A stretch of DNA of 64,000 nucleotides from an uncultured Clostridium sp. (lineage in GTDB: Bacteria; Bacillota; Clostridia; TANB77; CAG-508): assembly GCA_947570695.1 (NCBI GenBank), contig CANOVB010000009.1, positions 7,658-71,657 on the forward strand, given 5' to 3'. Of the stretch, positions 20,966-31,647 are shown in pieces. The notes under the pieces were generated by a model. The model did not search any database. It was not told where the DNA came from and saw only the letters and a list, made by a program, of their open reading frames with translations. Positions within the stretch are counted from its first letter, which is position 1. Each line of letters starts with the position of its first letter. Both the position numbers and the translations under genes were made by a program.

Positions 20966-21667
20966 TTACCATTCTATCTCTTCAACTGGTTTTGGACTTT
21001 CATTTATTTTTATATTTTCTGCAGTTCCATTTTTAAAATATATTACTTTATCAGCCATTGGAGCTATTGCTGTATTATGAGTAATTATAATTACAGTTAT
21101 TTTTTCTTTTCTACAAGTATCCTGTAGCAATTTTAAAATTTGTTTTCCTGTATTATAATCTAATGCTCCTGTTGGTTCATCACATAATAATAGCTTAGGA
21201 TTTTTTGCTATTGCCCTTGCTATCGCTACTCTTTGTTGTTCTCCACCAGAAAGTTGTGATGGAAAATTTTTCATTCTATCTTTTAATCCAACTTTTTCTA
21301 AAACCTCTTTTGGATCTAGAGAATCTTTACAAATTTGAGTTGCAAGTTCAACATTTTCTACTGATGTTAAGTTTTGAACTAAATTATAAAACTGAAATAC
21401 AAATCCTATATCTTCTCTTCTATATTTTATAAGCTCTTTATTTTTAAGTTCATCTATTCTTTTTCCATCAACTATTACTTTTCCATTTGTTACAGTGTCC
21501 ATTCCACCTAAAATATTAAGTGACGTTGTTTTTCCAGCGCCACTTGGACCTACTATAACTACTAATTCCCCTTTTTCAATCTTGAAGTTAGTATTATTCA
21601 AAGCTTTAATACTAACTTCACCCATTTTGTATTCTTTTTCAACATTTTCGAATTCTATATAAGACAT
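20966..21667 (-). CDS. ABC-type ATPase (MacB/LolD/FtsE-like) with no permease gene nearby
   Basis: Walker [10 protein letters not shown], signature [15 protein letters not shown], Walker [12 protein letters not shown]. Its ATG overlaps the upstream stop (TAATG). Confidence 0.9.
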   Translation of the reverse strand: MSYIEFENVEKEYKMGEVSIKALNNTNFKIEKGELVVIVGPSGAGKTTSLNILGGMDTVTNGKVIVDGKRIDELKNKELIKYRREDIGFVFQFYNLVQNLTSVENVELATQICKDSLDPKEVLEKVGLKDRMKNFPSQLSGGEQQRVAIARAIAKNPKLLLCDEPTGALDYNTGKQILKLLQDTCRKEKITVIIITHNTAIAPMADKVIYFKNGTAENIKINESPKPVEEIEW

Positions 21668-22641
21668 TATTCTGTTACATTTACCTCCATACTAAATTTT
21701 GAAATACTATTATCTATTTCTGCTTTTCTTGTTGCTTCATCAACATTTTCTACTCCAGAATATTTCTCCATAACTCTTATTGATGAAAATACTATACTTC
21801 TTGAATTATCTCCGTCATCAATAAATTTTTTAAATGTAAAGTTTTCAGTTGTACTTTCTCCTGGCGCTAATACTATTGGATAAAGTTCAGAACGACTTCT
21901 AGTTTCGTTCGGTAATGCTAATACAATTTCATCTATTTCACTTTTATCAGATATTACAACTGTATAATTTGATCTATTTGTAAATTTTACTTTATATTTT
22001 TCAGTACTATAATTTACAACCTTATCTATTACATCTATCTTTAAATATTCATTTTCTGAAATACTTTTTACATCTGTATGATATACATAATCTCCTACAT
22101 TCATCTGCATATCACCATTTTTATTCTCATAAAAAGCAATTTTTTCTGAAGTAAAAGAATATGTTGAATTCGTTAGTCCTGTTGATAATAAATCATCTGT
22201 ATACTTTATTTCATAAATATATATTTTCGTATTTCCATATTTAACATTAGAATAGTCTTGAATAGAATACTTTTTAGGACTTGGCATTTTTACTAGTACA
22301 TGTTCCATAAACTCCTCAACTCTATTATTAAAAGCATAACTTCTGCAATCTTCTGAAAGCATATTAAATGCTTTTTGATAATTACCTTCATTACAATATC
22401 CTATATATTCTTTTATTACATCTTCAATAGAATCTTGCATATATCTAGGTGTAGAAGAACTTGAATCTATAACAGAAGCATGTGGCTCATATGTTGTTGT
22501 TGGCTTTGGAACTACTACTCTATTTCTTAAGTATATATTAATAAAAAATATTATTGCCCATACTACAAAGATTACAAATATTATTTTTCTATACTTTCTA
22601 ATAAAATGTATAAATTTTAGTCTTAATGTTGTAAAATCCAT
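21667..22641 (-). CDS. Membrane-anchored extracytoplasmic protein, unknown function (VirB8/TcpC-like role is a hypothesis only)
   Basis: 324 aa with an N-terminal TM helix (IIFVIFVVWAIIFFINIYL). The segment IKEYIGYCNEGNYQKAFNMLSEDC parallels a segment of the neighbouring 174-aa protein. Confidence 0.6.
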   Translation of the reverse strand: MDFTTLRLKFIHFIRKYRKIIFVIFVVWAIIFFINIYLRNRVVVPKPTTTYEPHASVIDSSSSTPRYMQDSIEDVIKEYIGYCNEGNYQKAFNMLSEDCRSYAFNNRVEEFMEHVLVKMPSPKKYSIQDYSNVKYGNTKIYIYEIKYTDDLLSTGLTNSTYSFTSEKIAFYENKNGDMQMNVGDYVYHTDVKSISENEYLKIDVIDKVVNYSTEKYKVKFTNRSNYTVVISDKSEIDEIVLALPNETRSRSELYPIVLAPGESTTENFTFKKFIDDGDNSRSIVFSSIRVMEKYSGVENVDEATRKAEIDNSISKFSMEVNVTE

Positions 22642-22665
22642 ATCCTTTTTCCTTTCAAATTATAT

Positions 22666-23190
22666 TTATATAACTGAGAATGACATTACATAATCATTCA
22701 AATCATTTTCTTGTACTACAAAATTCATTTCTTTTCCAGAATTTTTACTTGCAAGTGGATTTGATAAAGTTACCCATAATACATAAACTTCGCCATTTCT
22801 TTCAAAGTTTGTAAATTCCGCAGAAATAGTAGTTGGGAATTTAGATTTCGCATATTCTTCAAAACTGCTTAAAGTTGGAAAATAGTTTTCTTTAAAATTA
22901 TCATAAAGTAATTCGTAAGCTTTTTCATAATCTTTCTTTTCTAAATTTTTAATAAAATTTCCAACATAACGTTCCATTCTATCTCTTTCACTTAAAGTTG
23001 ATAAATCATTTACTTCCATCTTATCTACTTTTTCTTGAACTATACTAGAAATTTCTTCATCTGTCATATTAGAAATATTAACTTCTCCTTCTTTTTTACT
23101 ATTTAAAACAAGAGCTATTATGATTATAATAACTACTACAGTAGCAAACCCTATTAAAACTTTTTTATTACTTTTTCTGTAATTTTGCAT
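22666..23190 (-). CDS. Membrane-anchored extracytoplasmic protein, unknown function (single-domain relative of the 324-aa neighbour)
   Basis: 174 aa with an N-terminal TM helix. Segment FIKNLEKKDYEKAYELLYDNFKENYF. Confidence 0.6.
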   Translation of the reverse strand: MQNYRKSNKKVLIGFATVVVIIIIIALVLNSKKEGEVNISNMTDEEISSIVQEKVDKMEVNDLSTLSERDRMERYVGNFIKNLEKKDYEKAYELLYDNFKENYFPTLSSFEEYAKSKFPTTISAEFTNFERNGEVYVLWVTLSNPLASKNSGKEMNFVVQENDLNDYVMSFSVI

Positions 23191-23217
23191 AATACCTTCT
23201 CCTTAAATATGTATTTC

Positions 23218-25869
23218 TTACTTTTGCTTTTTCTTTTGATTTCCTAATGATTCTACTACTTTTGCTGTTCTAGATGTTAACAGGTCAGCATCTCCATTAT
23301 ACTTACCATGTTCTTCAAATATACTTGACATTGCAAGATTTAATTGTAAAGATTTATAATCAGATGCAGCTTCTTCTAATCCTTTAAATTCATCACCTTT
23401 AGGTGTTTCATGAATTCCTATAGAATGTTTTATTTGTCTTTGAACTGTCTGACTGCTTAAATCAAAGCCTCTACCATTTTGAACTTCATCTGTTATGTTT
23501 TCTGTAATCCATTCTGCTGTAGTTTCTATTTGAGTTCTTTCAGCTTCAGTTAGTCCTTCACCATCTTTGCTCTTAGCTTTCATTTGTGAAAGTAGAGACA
23601 TTATTTCCATTTTCTTTGATTGTAATTCTGCTGAACTTGCTCCTCTGCTTCTATCTCTTATTCTTTGTTTTACATTTCTTTGTGCGTAAAATTCTGATAA
23701 TTCTTTCTTTTTACTAGCTACAGATTCTTCATATTTTTCTCTACTAGAATAAATGCTTTTTAATCTTCCATCATATTCTTCGTCTAATGCTTTAGCTAAT
23801 TGTTTTCCGCCTTCTGATTCTTCTCGTTTTGCTACTGCTTGTGTTCTTAAAGCTTCTGCTCTAGCTTTTTTAGCATCTGCTTCATCTTGTAATTTCTTAG
23901 CTTTTGCCATTGATTCTAATGCTTGCTCTTCTGCTTCTTCTCCTACTAATCCTCCCGCTGCTTGTGAAGTTGCAAACATGCTATCAGCATTTTGTCTTTC
24001 TTTAGATGCTTCTGCTTCTAATTCTTCCGCGTCTTTTTCTAATTTATCAGCATCACTATCTAGTGTATCAGCTTCTGTATCTAAAACTTTTGACTCATCC
24101 ATCAATTTTCCAAATTCTGTTTGTTTTTCTGTATCTGCTAATGCTTTTTCATCTTTAGCAATATCTTCTGCCAATTCTTTTTCTTCTTTTTTATCTTGTT
24201 CATAATTTAAATCTGACAAATTCTTAGTTGATTTTCCTGTACTAGAGTTAAGTAATTCAGCACTACCTTTTGCAACACCTTTTCCTAAACCAAAAGCCTC
24301 TAATGCACCCATTCCTCCAGCCATATATGCCATTGATCCTGCCATAAGTCCAACTGCACTCGAAGTACTAAATCTACGGTTTGCCATTGCTTTTCCAAAC
24401 CCTGAGTTTCTATATTTATGTGATAATGTTCTAGCACCATTAATTCCTCGTTTTAATCCTCTTGCTGGCATAGAATTTCCTAACTTATCGCCTAAAGCTT
24501 TAGTTCCTTTTTCAAGTTTCTGCTCTAAATTTCCTGCACCTTTTCCTAAATTACCAAGTCCTCTTTTTAGTGCATTATTGCTATTTACCCAATTATTATT
24601 TGCCCACATCTTTCCATCATGTGAAAATGCTTTTGAAACACTTCCAGCCTTATTTTTAGCAAAATTTATTCCTTTTCTTGTTGTTGTACCTATTTTTTGA
24701 GCATTCTTTATTGCCATCATACCAACTGCCATACCACCTACAAATGATGTTGAGCTATTATCATCTTGGAATCCAAATATTTGTCTAATAATTTTTTCTC
24801 CGTCACTTACAAACTTTATACATAATATTGCTAAAACTCCGTTTACAAGCTGATTATATTCAGGAGTGCTAAGTATAGCTGGTAATCCTGCTGAAACAAT
24901 CGTATTTTTAACTATTAATGAAAATGCTGTTCTTATAAATGCTATATATAATATACAATGAAATGGTTGTATTAAAATCGTATATACAAATTCTTTTAGC
25001 CATGTTCCCAAAGCTTGAGCTTTTCCATCTCCCATTTTGTCTATTGAATATGTTAATGATATAAGTGGCGAAATTATTATTAAAAATCCAACTTTTATCA
25101 TACGACTTATGTATGCTACTAAAAATGCTAAAGATTGGAAAACAATAGCACAAAAAACAAGGACTGAAATAATACTTGGAATACCAACTCCAATTACTGC
25201 ATTTACACCTATTCCTGTTATTAAACTTCCTATACTATCTTCTACTGATTTATCAGTAAGTACTGATGCTAATGCATTTACTATTGCATTATTACAATAT
25301 ATTGTAAAAATCGCTATATACTGTAATACAAATATTAATAATAAACTACAGCACCAATCTACTAACATTTTTTTATATTTTGCTTTTTCTTCTGCAACAG
25401 AAGATATTGCCATTCTAATTCCTACATATACTAGTATAACCAGCAATATAGCACTAGCTACTAATCTCATAACATAAAACCATTGTGCTACAGCAGTTCT
25501 AATTGTATATGCTATTGATGTGGTTGGAACTCCTGTTATATCGAAAAAATTTACATCTAATAATTTATATTTATTAAAGAAAATATCAAATGGTGTTATT
25601 ATTGAGAATGGTCCAGAATATCCATAATTTACTCCATCTGCTTCAGCTAAATTTGCTACTATATTGTCCAAAACAAATGCAAGTCCAGTTGCAAGTAATC
25701 TCTTATCCCAATATACTATAGATACCACTCCTCCTGCTAAACTACTTACTGTATTTAAAGATTCTTCTGATATTATATTGGCATTACTAATATTGCTTGA
25801 ACATACAAATTCAAACACTGTTATAATTAATATGAAAATTATTAAAATCTTACATATAATTTTTTTCAT
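23218..25869 (-). CDS. VirB6-like polytopic membrane protein paralog (883 aa) with a ~510-aa Ala/Lys/Glu-rich tail
   Basis: Signal peptide, then a shared core: PFDIFFNKYKLLDVNFFDI, WFYVMRLVASAILLVILVYVGIRMAISSVAEEKAKYKKMLVDW, ISPLISLTYSIDKMGDGKAQALGTWLKEFVYTILIQPFHC. The core ends near IIRQIFGFQDD (about aa 370). Confidence 0.7.
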   Translation of the reverse strand: MKKIICKILIIFILIITVFEFVCSSNISNANIISEESLNTVSSLAGGVVSIVYWDKRLLATGLAFVLDNIVANLAEADGVNYGYSGPFSIITPFDIFFNKYKLLDVNFFDITGVPTTSIAYTIRTAVAQWFYVMRLVASAILLVILVYVGIRMAISSVAEEKAKYKKMLVDWCCSLLLIFVLQYIAIFTIYCNNAIVNALASVLTDKSVEDSIGSLITGIGVNAVIGVGIPSIISVLVFCAIVFQSLAFLVAYISRMIKVGFLIIISPLISLTYSIDKMGDGKAQALGTWLKEFVYTILIQPFHCILYIAFIRTAFSLIVKNTIVSAGLPAILSTPEYNQLVNGVLAILCIKFVSDGEKIIRQIFGFQDDNSSTSFVGGMAVGMMAIKNAQKIGTTTRKGINFAKNKAGSVSKAFSHDGKMWANNNWVNSNNALKRGLGNLGKGAGNLEQKLEKGTKALGDKLGNSMPARGLKRGINGARTLSHKYRNSGFGKAMANRRFSTSSAVGLMAGSMAYMAGGMGALEAFGLGKGVAKGSAELLNSSTGKSTKNLSDLNYEQDKKEEKELAEDIAKDEKALADTEKQTEFGKLMDESKVLDTEADTLDSDADKLEKDAEELEAEASKERQNADSMFATSQAAGGLVGEEAEEQALESMAKAKKLQDEADAKKARAEALRTQAVAKREESEGGKQLAKALDEEYDGRLKSIYSSREKYEESVASKKKELSEFYAQRNVKQRIRDRSRGASSAELQSKKMEIMSLLSQMKAKSKDGEGLTEAERTQIETTAEWITENITDEVQNGRGFDLSSQTVQRQIKHSIGIHETPKGDEFKGLEEAASDYKSLQLNLAMSSIFEEHGKYNGDADLLTSRTAKVVESLGNQKKKQK

Positions 25870-25905
25870 TTTCTTTCTCCCAACATAATATATTTATATC
25901 ATCTT

Positions 25906-28857
25906 TTAAGGTGTTGTTCCACCATTTTGTGAATTATTTCCTTTACTTTTTAAAGGTTCTAATATTTCCATTTTGCTTTTTAATACATCTACTTTTGCTT
26001 CTTGTTTTATTCTAGCTGATTTTGCTTGCGTATATAATTCTACAGCAGATTTTTTATGTTCCATATCTGCTACTGTAGCTGCATAACTTTGAGAAGTTTC
26101 CGCAGTTCTTGCTTGTGATAATGTTGATACTTGAATATCAAGTTCTTCTTGCAGGCTTTCAGCTGCTTCGTCTAATTTTCTTTGGTATTTTCCATGAACT
26201 AAATTACTATTAAAGTCTAATTCCCTACTAGCATCTTTCATAGCTTTTGCTATTATTATTCCTTGCTCTACTTTCAATCTTCTAATTGTTTCTTCTATTT
26301 TTTGTCTTGCTTCAACCTCAGTTTGTGAATTAATTCTGTCACTTTCTTGTTTTATTCTTTCATCAAATGTATCTATTAAAACTCTTACTTGTTCATCTGT
26401 TAATCTACGCATTTCAGCATTTATTGTTGTATCTTTATCATCATAGCTTTCTATAGTATCATCTGCTTTTGCATCTACACTAGTATTGATTATCTCTTCA
26501 TATTTTTTATCTCTAGCAGGAGTAAATTCTTCTACTATGTTATTTATAATAGTATTTGTATCCATTTCTGCATTTTCTGCCTGTTTTAATTGATATTGTA
26601 TACTAACTTTATTTGAAAATCCTTGTATTGCATCTTGTACAGTTCTTTCTCTTCCTTGATGATCTTTATCTTCTATACTAAAAGCACCTAGTCCTTCATA
26701 ATTGCCTTGTCCAGAATATAAATCTTTAAGTTCTTCTGCAATTTTATCTGGAGCATTTATAGGGCTTGTTCTTAATATATCCATAGCATTAGTTCTAAAG
26801 GATTGAAATTCTTTTCCTCTTCCCATTTTATCCATTGCTGCTTTTAATTCTTTTAGCACTTTATCTAATTCTTGTGTTGCTTTCCCATCTGTTTCACCAA
26901 TCTTTAAATAATCATATTTATCTGCATTTTGTGATACTTCTGTTAATATAGCTCTTGCATCAGCTGAACTTTCTAATCCCATATCTTTTAAATTATTGCT
27001 AATTCCACTTGAAATAGTTTTTCCACTACTTCTTAAAAATTCTTGTGTACCTTTAAAAGTTGCTGCTCCAACACCTATAGCTGTTGCTATATTTCCACCT
27101 GTACCATAAATTCCTGAACCAACCATAAGACCAATTCCAGCTGTTACAGAATGTTTTGCAAAATCACTTGCTTCTCTATAAATATGAGATTGTCTTAAGG
27201 TAGATTTCAATTTATCTACTTTTCCTTTTGCTCCCTTAATAGCCTTTCCTCTAACTGTATGGTCTTTTGCAACTTTTAATCTTGCCATTGATTCTGCTTC
27301 TTTTTCAGAAATTGTACCATTACTTGATTGTAATATTCTTTCTTTTTCTGCATTAACTTCTGATGAGAATGTTTCTTTTTTAGCTTGCTCTACTGCTTTT
27401 TCTCTTGAAATTTTATTTCCTGTTAGTCTACCTGAATATACTAAACTATCAGCTCTTCTTTGAATTTCAGCCTCTGATGCTACTCTAAAATCATTACGTT
27501 GATTAAAAATTGATTGAAATGCTCCACTTCTTTGCGCAATTTGGTCTGCTCTTTTATTATTTAAATCAATTCTTACTTCTTCTTTTCTTTCTGCAAATGA
27601 TTTGCTCAAGCCATCTTTATTTGTAAGCATTGAACCTATAGCTAAAGCCTCAACTTTCGCATTTTTTCCAAGTGAAGCTACACTTTTACCTAAATTTTTA
27701 GCTCCACTTACAGCTTTTCTTGTATTTTTTCCTATATTTTTTGCTTGATTTAATGCTACTGCTGAAGCCGCCATACCTGCTGCAACAGAAGTTTTACTAT
27801 TATCATCTCTAAATGCAAATATTTTTCTAATAATTTTTTCAGCTTCTTTTACAAATCTAATCATTAATATTGCAATTATTGATCTAGCTAATTTTTGAGT
27901 TGCATCTGATGGTTGTGTTAATAACCCAAATGCCATATCAACTAAACACATATATATAACACAATGAAATGGCTGGATAAGTACTGTAAATACAAATTCT
28001 TTTAACCAAGCATTTAAAGCTTGTGCTTTTCCATCTCCCATTTTATCTATCGAATATGTTAATGTAATTAATGGTGAAATTATTATTAAAAATGCAATTT
28101 TTAACATACGGCTAAAATATGCAAATACTAATCCCAATGTTTGCCATACAAGCATACAATATATTATTGTTGCTGCTATTGCATTTAAATCTATTAAAGA
28201 AGTTCCTTTCATAAATAATTCTTTATATACTTCTTCTATGTCTTTTGTATTTACTGATGCTTTTAATGCTTCAATTATTCCATTATTACAATTTATTGTA
28301 AATATTACTATGTACTGCATAAGAAATATTAATAATATGCTTACAAGCCAATTTACTAACATTTTTTTATACTCTGCTTTTTCTTCGGCAAGTGTTGAAA
28401 TTGCCATTCTTATACCAACATATATAAATATAACTAATAGTATTGCTGCAGCTAATGTTCTCATTACATAATACCAACCCGCAACACTTGATCTCATAGT
28501 ATTAATAAAATTTGTTTCTGTTCCTATATCAAAAAAGTTTATATCGAATAATTTTATATTATTGAAAAATATATCTAAAGGCGTAACTGCAGAAGTATCA
28601 ATAACTGCACTAGTTGTTCCTTCAGTATATGCTATTAATGAAGTAAATAATTTCATTACATATCCTGCAAATAATGCTGATATTCTTAAAGGCCATGTTA
28701 AAAGCCCTATAACTCCACCCAAGATATTAGTAAATATATCTGTAATATCATCTAAACTATAACTTCCAAAAGCAAAAGCAGAATTTGAAATTAAAAAATT
28801 GTTTAATATTAAAATTATTAAAATTGCTATTACTAATTTCTTAAGTACTCTTCTCAC
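25906..28857 (-). CDS. VirB6-like polytopic membrane protein paralog (983 aa) with a long tail
   Basis: Same core: PLDIFFNNIKLFDINFFDI, WYYVMRTLAAAILLVIFIYVGIRMAISTLAEEKAEYKKMLVNW, ISPLITLTYSIDKMGDGKAQALNAWLKEFVFTVLIQPFHC. The tail contains GSGIYGTGGNIAT and coiled-coil-like segments. Confidence 0.7.
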   Translation of the reverse strand: MRRVLKKLVIAILIILILNNFLISNSAFAFGSYSLDDITDIFTNILGGVIGLLTWPLRISALFAGYVMKLFTSLIAYTEGTTSAVIDTSAVTPLDIFFNNIKLFDINFFDIGTETNFINTMRSSVAGWYYVMRTLAAAILLVIFIYVGIRMAISTLAEEKAEYKKMLVNWLVSILLIFLMQYIVIFTINCNNGIIEALKASVNTKDIEEVYKELFMKGTSLIDLNAIAATIIYCMLVWQTLGLVFAYFSRMLKIAFLIIISPLITLTYSIDKMGDGKAQALNAWLKEFVFTVLIQPFHCVIYMCLVDMAFGLLTQPSDATQKLARSIIAILMIRFVKEAEKIIRKIFAFRDDNSKTSVAAGMAASAVALNQAKNIGKNTRKAVSGAKNLGKSVASLGKNAKVEALAIGSMLTNKDGLSKSFAERKEEVRIDLNNKRADQIAQRSGAFQSIFNQRNDFRVASEAEIQRRADSLVYSGRLTGNKISREKAVEQAKKETFSSEVNAEKERILQSSNGTISEKEAESMARLKVAKDHTVRGKAIKGAKGKVDKLKSTLRQSHIYREASDFAKHSVTAGIGLMVGSGIYGTGGNIATAIGVGAATFKGTQEFLRSSGKTISSGISNNLKDMGLESSADARAILTEVSQNADKYDYLKIGETDGKATQELDKVLKELKAAMDKMGRGKEFQSFRTNAMDILRTSPINAPDKIAEELKDLYSGQGNYEGLGAFSIEDKDHQGRERTVQDAIQGFSNKVSIQYQLKQAENAEMDTNTIINNIVEEFTPARDKKYEEIINTSVDAKADDTIESYDDKDTTINAEMRRLTDEQVRVLIDTFDERIKQESDRINSQTEVEARQKIEETIRRLKVEQGIIIAKAMKDASRELDFNSNLVHGKYQRKLDEAAESLQEELDIQVSTLSQARTAETSQSYAATVADMEHKKSAVELYTQAKSARIKQEAKVDVLKSKMEILEPLKSKGNNSQNGGTTP

Positions 28858-28888
28858 AGTTTCACCTTCTTTCTTTTAAATCTAATTT

Positions 28889-31630
28889 TTACTCTGATTC
28901 TGAATCATCACTAGAATTCATTTTAGTCTCTGCAACTCTAGTAAAATTACTTAAATTTGTTTGTAATTCTGTCATTAATTTAATTCTTGCTTCCAAATTT
29001 TCTTTTTCTGCATCATCTTTTAATTTATCTTTCTCTTGTTTTAATACATCGACTTGATTCTTTAATTGTTTTTCATATTCTCTAACTATATTTAAATCTA
29101 ATTCTGTTTTTTGTCCTTTTATACTTAATAATACTGATCTTAAAGCATCTGCTTGCCTTTCTCTTAAAAACCTCTCATTTGCTTCTAAATCATCAGTATC
29201 TAATCCAAAAGCTTCATCTAAAATGCTATCATAAACTCTATCAAATTCTTTTTCTAATTCTTGCTGAGTTTGTCTTGCTAATTCAATTTTTTCTGCTTCA
29301 TCATCTGATTGAATATTAGCTTGATCATTATTATCTCCCACAGGCGGAACTCCTAAAGGAACATTCCTTTCTTCTGCTATTATATCTTCATTGTCCCTAT
29401 CTTTAAAGTTTTTCATTACACTTTCTACAAAAGTATCATTGTCTACATTAAAGTCACCTGCTGTTTGAATAGCTTGATAAATTTGACTTTCATTAGTATA
29501 ATCAGCTAATTTTTGAGTTGCATTTCTTACAGCATCATTTTCATATAATGATTTGCCATCTGCACCTGTTATTTGTTTATCTTTATTTTTAAGTCCTTCT
29601 AACGCAAATCTTATAACACTTTGCGTCTTACTTGGGTCAGCTTTTATACCTTTTTGTATTGAATTTTTAATTTGTGTTTTATATTTTCCTTCTACGCCTG
29701 CTTCTATTAAGGCTTTCTCAATTTCATCCATTATTTCTGCAAGTTCTCTTTTTGAACCGTCTTGATCAGAAAATTTTTCCATTATTTGACTTGTTAATAT
29801 ATGAACATCATGCTTACCAGTGGCACCTAATGCACTATAATTATACGCTACATCTGTAGTCAAAGTTTTTACTGAATGTTCAAAAAATCCTTGACTACCT
29901 TGGAACATAGCTATTCCAGACATAACAGAAGTTGCCATATTTCCACCTGTTCCATATATTCCTGAACCGACTGTAACTCCTAGTCCAGCTGATATTGTTC
30001 CTTTTGCTAAACTTCCAACAGTCTTTAAAGTATCGCTTTCTCTTAAAACTTCTGCTGCTTTTCTCTTAAACCCTGTAATTTTTCCTCTAATAGGTCTACC
30101 TAATTTTTTCTGCTCTTTTCTTGCAGCTTTCCCCTTCTTAGCTATACTTAATCTTGCAAGTGATCTAGCTTCTTTTTTTGTAATTCCTGGAGTTGCCTCC
30201 ATTATTTGTGCTGTTATGTCTTCTATTTTTTTAGAATTTTTAGTCATATCTACTTTATATTTCTTAGCTATTTTGTCTGCTTTTTTGTCATTTGTTTCTA
30301 CTCTAATTTCTTCTTTTCTTTCAGAAAAACTTTTATCTTCGTCATCACTATTTGCTATCGTAGCACCTAAAGCTTTTGCATTTAAGATGGCTCCGGCAGC
30401 AAGAGTTTTTGTTCCAGCTATTGTAGCTTTTGCCATTCCTGTAAGATTCTTTGCTCCATTTACAGCAGATCTTGTTGCTGTACCAACACTTTTAGCTCTA
30501 TTTACAGCAAGTGATGCCATTGCAAGTCCAGCACCAATAGATGTTGAGCTATCTTCATTTTTGAAAGAAAAAATTTTTCTAACAATTCCTTCTGCTTCTT
30601 TTACGAATTTAATACATAATATTGCTATAACAGCTATTGCTAAATTCTCTCTTGATACTGCATTGGAAGTATTATCTATTAATAATTTAAATCCTACATT
30701 TATAAAGCACATATATATAATGCAATGAAATGGCTGTATTAAAACTGTATAAACAAATTCTTTTAACCAAGCACTTAGTGCTTGTGCTTTGCTATCTCCC
30801 ATTTTATCCATTGAATATGTTAATGTAATAAGTGGTGAAATTATAAGTAAAAACGCAAGTTTTAACATACGGTTAAAATATGATATTACTAATCCGAATG
30901 TTTGCCATACAAGCATTGCAAATATTACTGTTGCCGGAATAGAATCTATTGATGTTATTTTAAATGCTAAATTACTTATTACTTCATAAGTATTTGAAAT
31001 TACTTCTGAATTTACACTTAAAGAAATTGTATTAACTATTGCATTACTTACTGTTAAAGTAAAAATTACTATATATTGTAAAAAGAATATGAGACCTAAA
31101 CTTACTACCCAGTTTACTAGCATTTTACTATACATAGCTTTTTCTGAAGCAACTGTTGAAATTGCCATTCTTATACCAACATATATAAGCACTACTAATA
31201 ATATAGCAGCAGCTAATGTTCTTAAAACATAATACCATGCTGAAATTGTTGTTCTTATTGTGTTTACAATAGATTTTTCTTCAGTTATATCAAAAAAGTT
31301 TACATCTAATATTTTTACTTTATTAAAAAATATATCGAATGGAGTAATAATATTTGTATTTACTTCTCCTGCGGTTTCTGTTGTTCCCTCGATATATGCA
31401 ATTTGAGCTGTAAGGAAATTAATTGCCCAACTAGCAGCTAAAGCAACAACTCTTACTGGATATGTTAATAATCCAACAACAGAACCAACCATGCTAGTTA
31501 ACCAGCTCTCTTCAGAAGAAGTTGTTTCTGAAGGGTCTGGTGGATTCATCGCTCTAACACTGCTAACAAGAAAATTATTCAATATTAAAATTATTAATAA
31601 AACTACTAAAATTTTCTTTAATACTTTCAC
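28889..31630 (-). CDS. VirB6-like polytopic membrane protein paralog (913 aa) with a long tail
   Basis: Same core: PFDIFFNKVKILDVNFFDI, WYYVLRTLAAAILLVVLIYVGIRMAISTVASEKAMYSKMLVNW, ISPLITLTYSMDKMGDSKAQALSAWLKEFVYTVLIQPFHC. The tail contains GSGIYGTGGNMAT. Confidence 0.7.
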   Translation of the reverse strand: MKVLKKILVVLLIILILNNFLVSSVRAMNPPDPSETTSSEESWLTSMVGSVVGLLTYPVRVVALAASWAINFLTAQIAYIEGTTETAGEVNTNIITPFDIFFNKVKILDVNFFDITEEKSIVNTIRTTISAWYYVLRTLAAAILLVVLIYVGIRMAISTVASEKAMYSKMLVNWVVSLGLIFFLQYIVIFTLTVSNAIVNTISLSVNSEVISNTYEVISNLAFKITSIDSIPATVIFAMLVWQTFGLVISYFNRMLKLAFLLIISPLITLTYSMDKMGDSKAQALSAWLKEFVYTVLIQPFHCIIYMCFINVGFKLLIDNTSNAVSRENLAIAVIAILCIKFVKEAEGIVRKIFSFKNEDSSTSIGAGLAMASLAVNRAKSVGTATRSAVNGAKNLTGMAKATIAGTKTLAAGAILNAKALGATIANSDDEDKSFSERKEEIRVETNDKKADKIAKKYKVDMTKNSKKIEDITAQIMEATPGITKKEARSLARLSIAKKGKAARKEQKKLGRPIRGKITGFKRKAAEVLRESDTLKTVGSLAKGTISAGLGVTVGSGIYGTGGNMATSVMSGIAMFQGSQGFFEHSVKTLTTDVAYNYSALGATGKHDVHILTSQIMEKFSDQDGSKRELAEIMDEIEKALIEAGVEGKYKTQIKNSIQKGIKADPSKTQSVIRFALEGLKNKDKQITGADGKSLYENDAVRNATQKLADYTNESQIYQAIQTAGDFNVDNDTFVESVMKNFKDRDNEDIIAEERNVPLGVPPVGDNNDQANIQSDDEAEKIELARQTQQELEKEFDRVYDSILDEAFGLDTDDLEANERFLRERQADALRSVLLSIKGQKTELDLNIVREYEKQLKNQVDVLKQEKDKLKDDAEKENLEARIKLMTELQTNLSNFTRVAETKMNSSDDSESE

Positions 31631-31647
31631 AGCTCTCTCTCTTTCTT

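Noticed and set aside
17279-21432. Track ORFs 17279-17536 (-), 19734-20018 (+) and 21205-21432 (+)
   Set aside because: They are antisense to the 937-aa repeat protein, the SBP gene and the ABC ATPase gene respectively.
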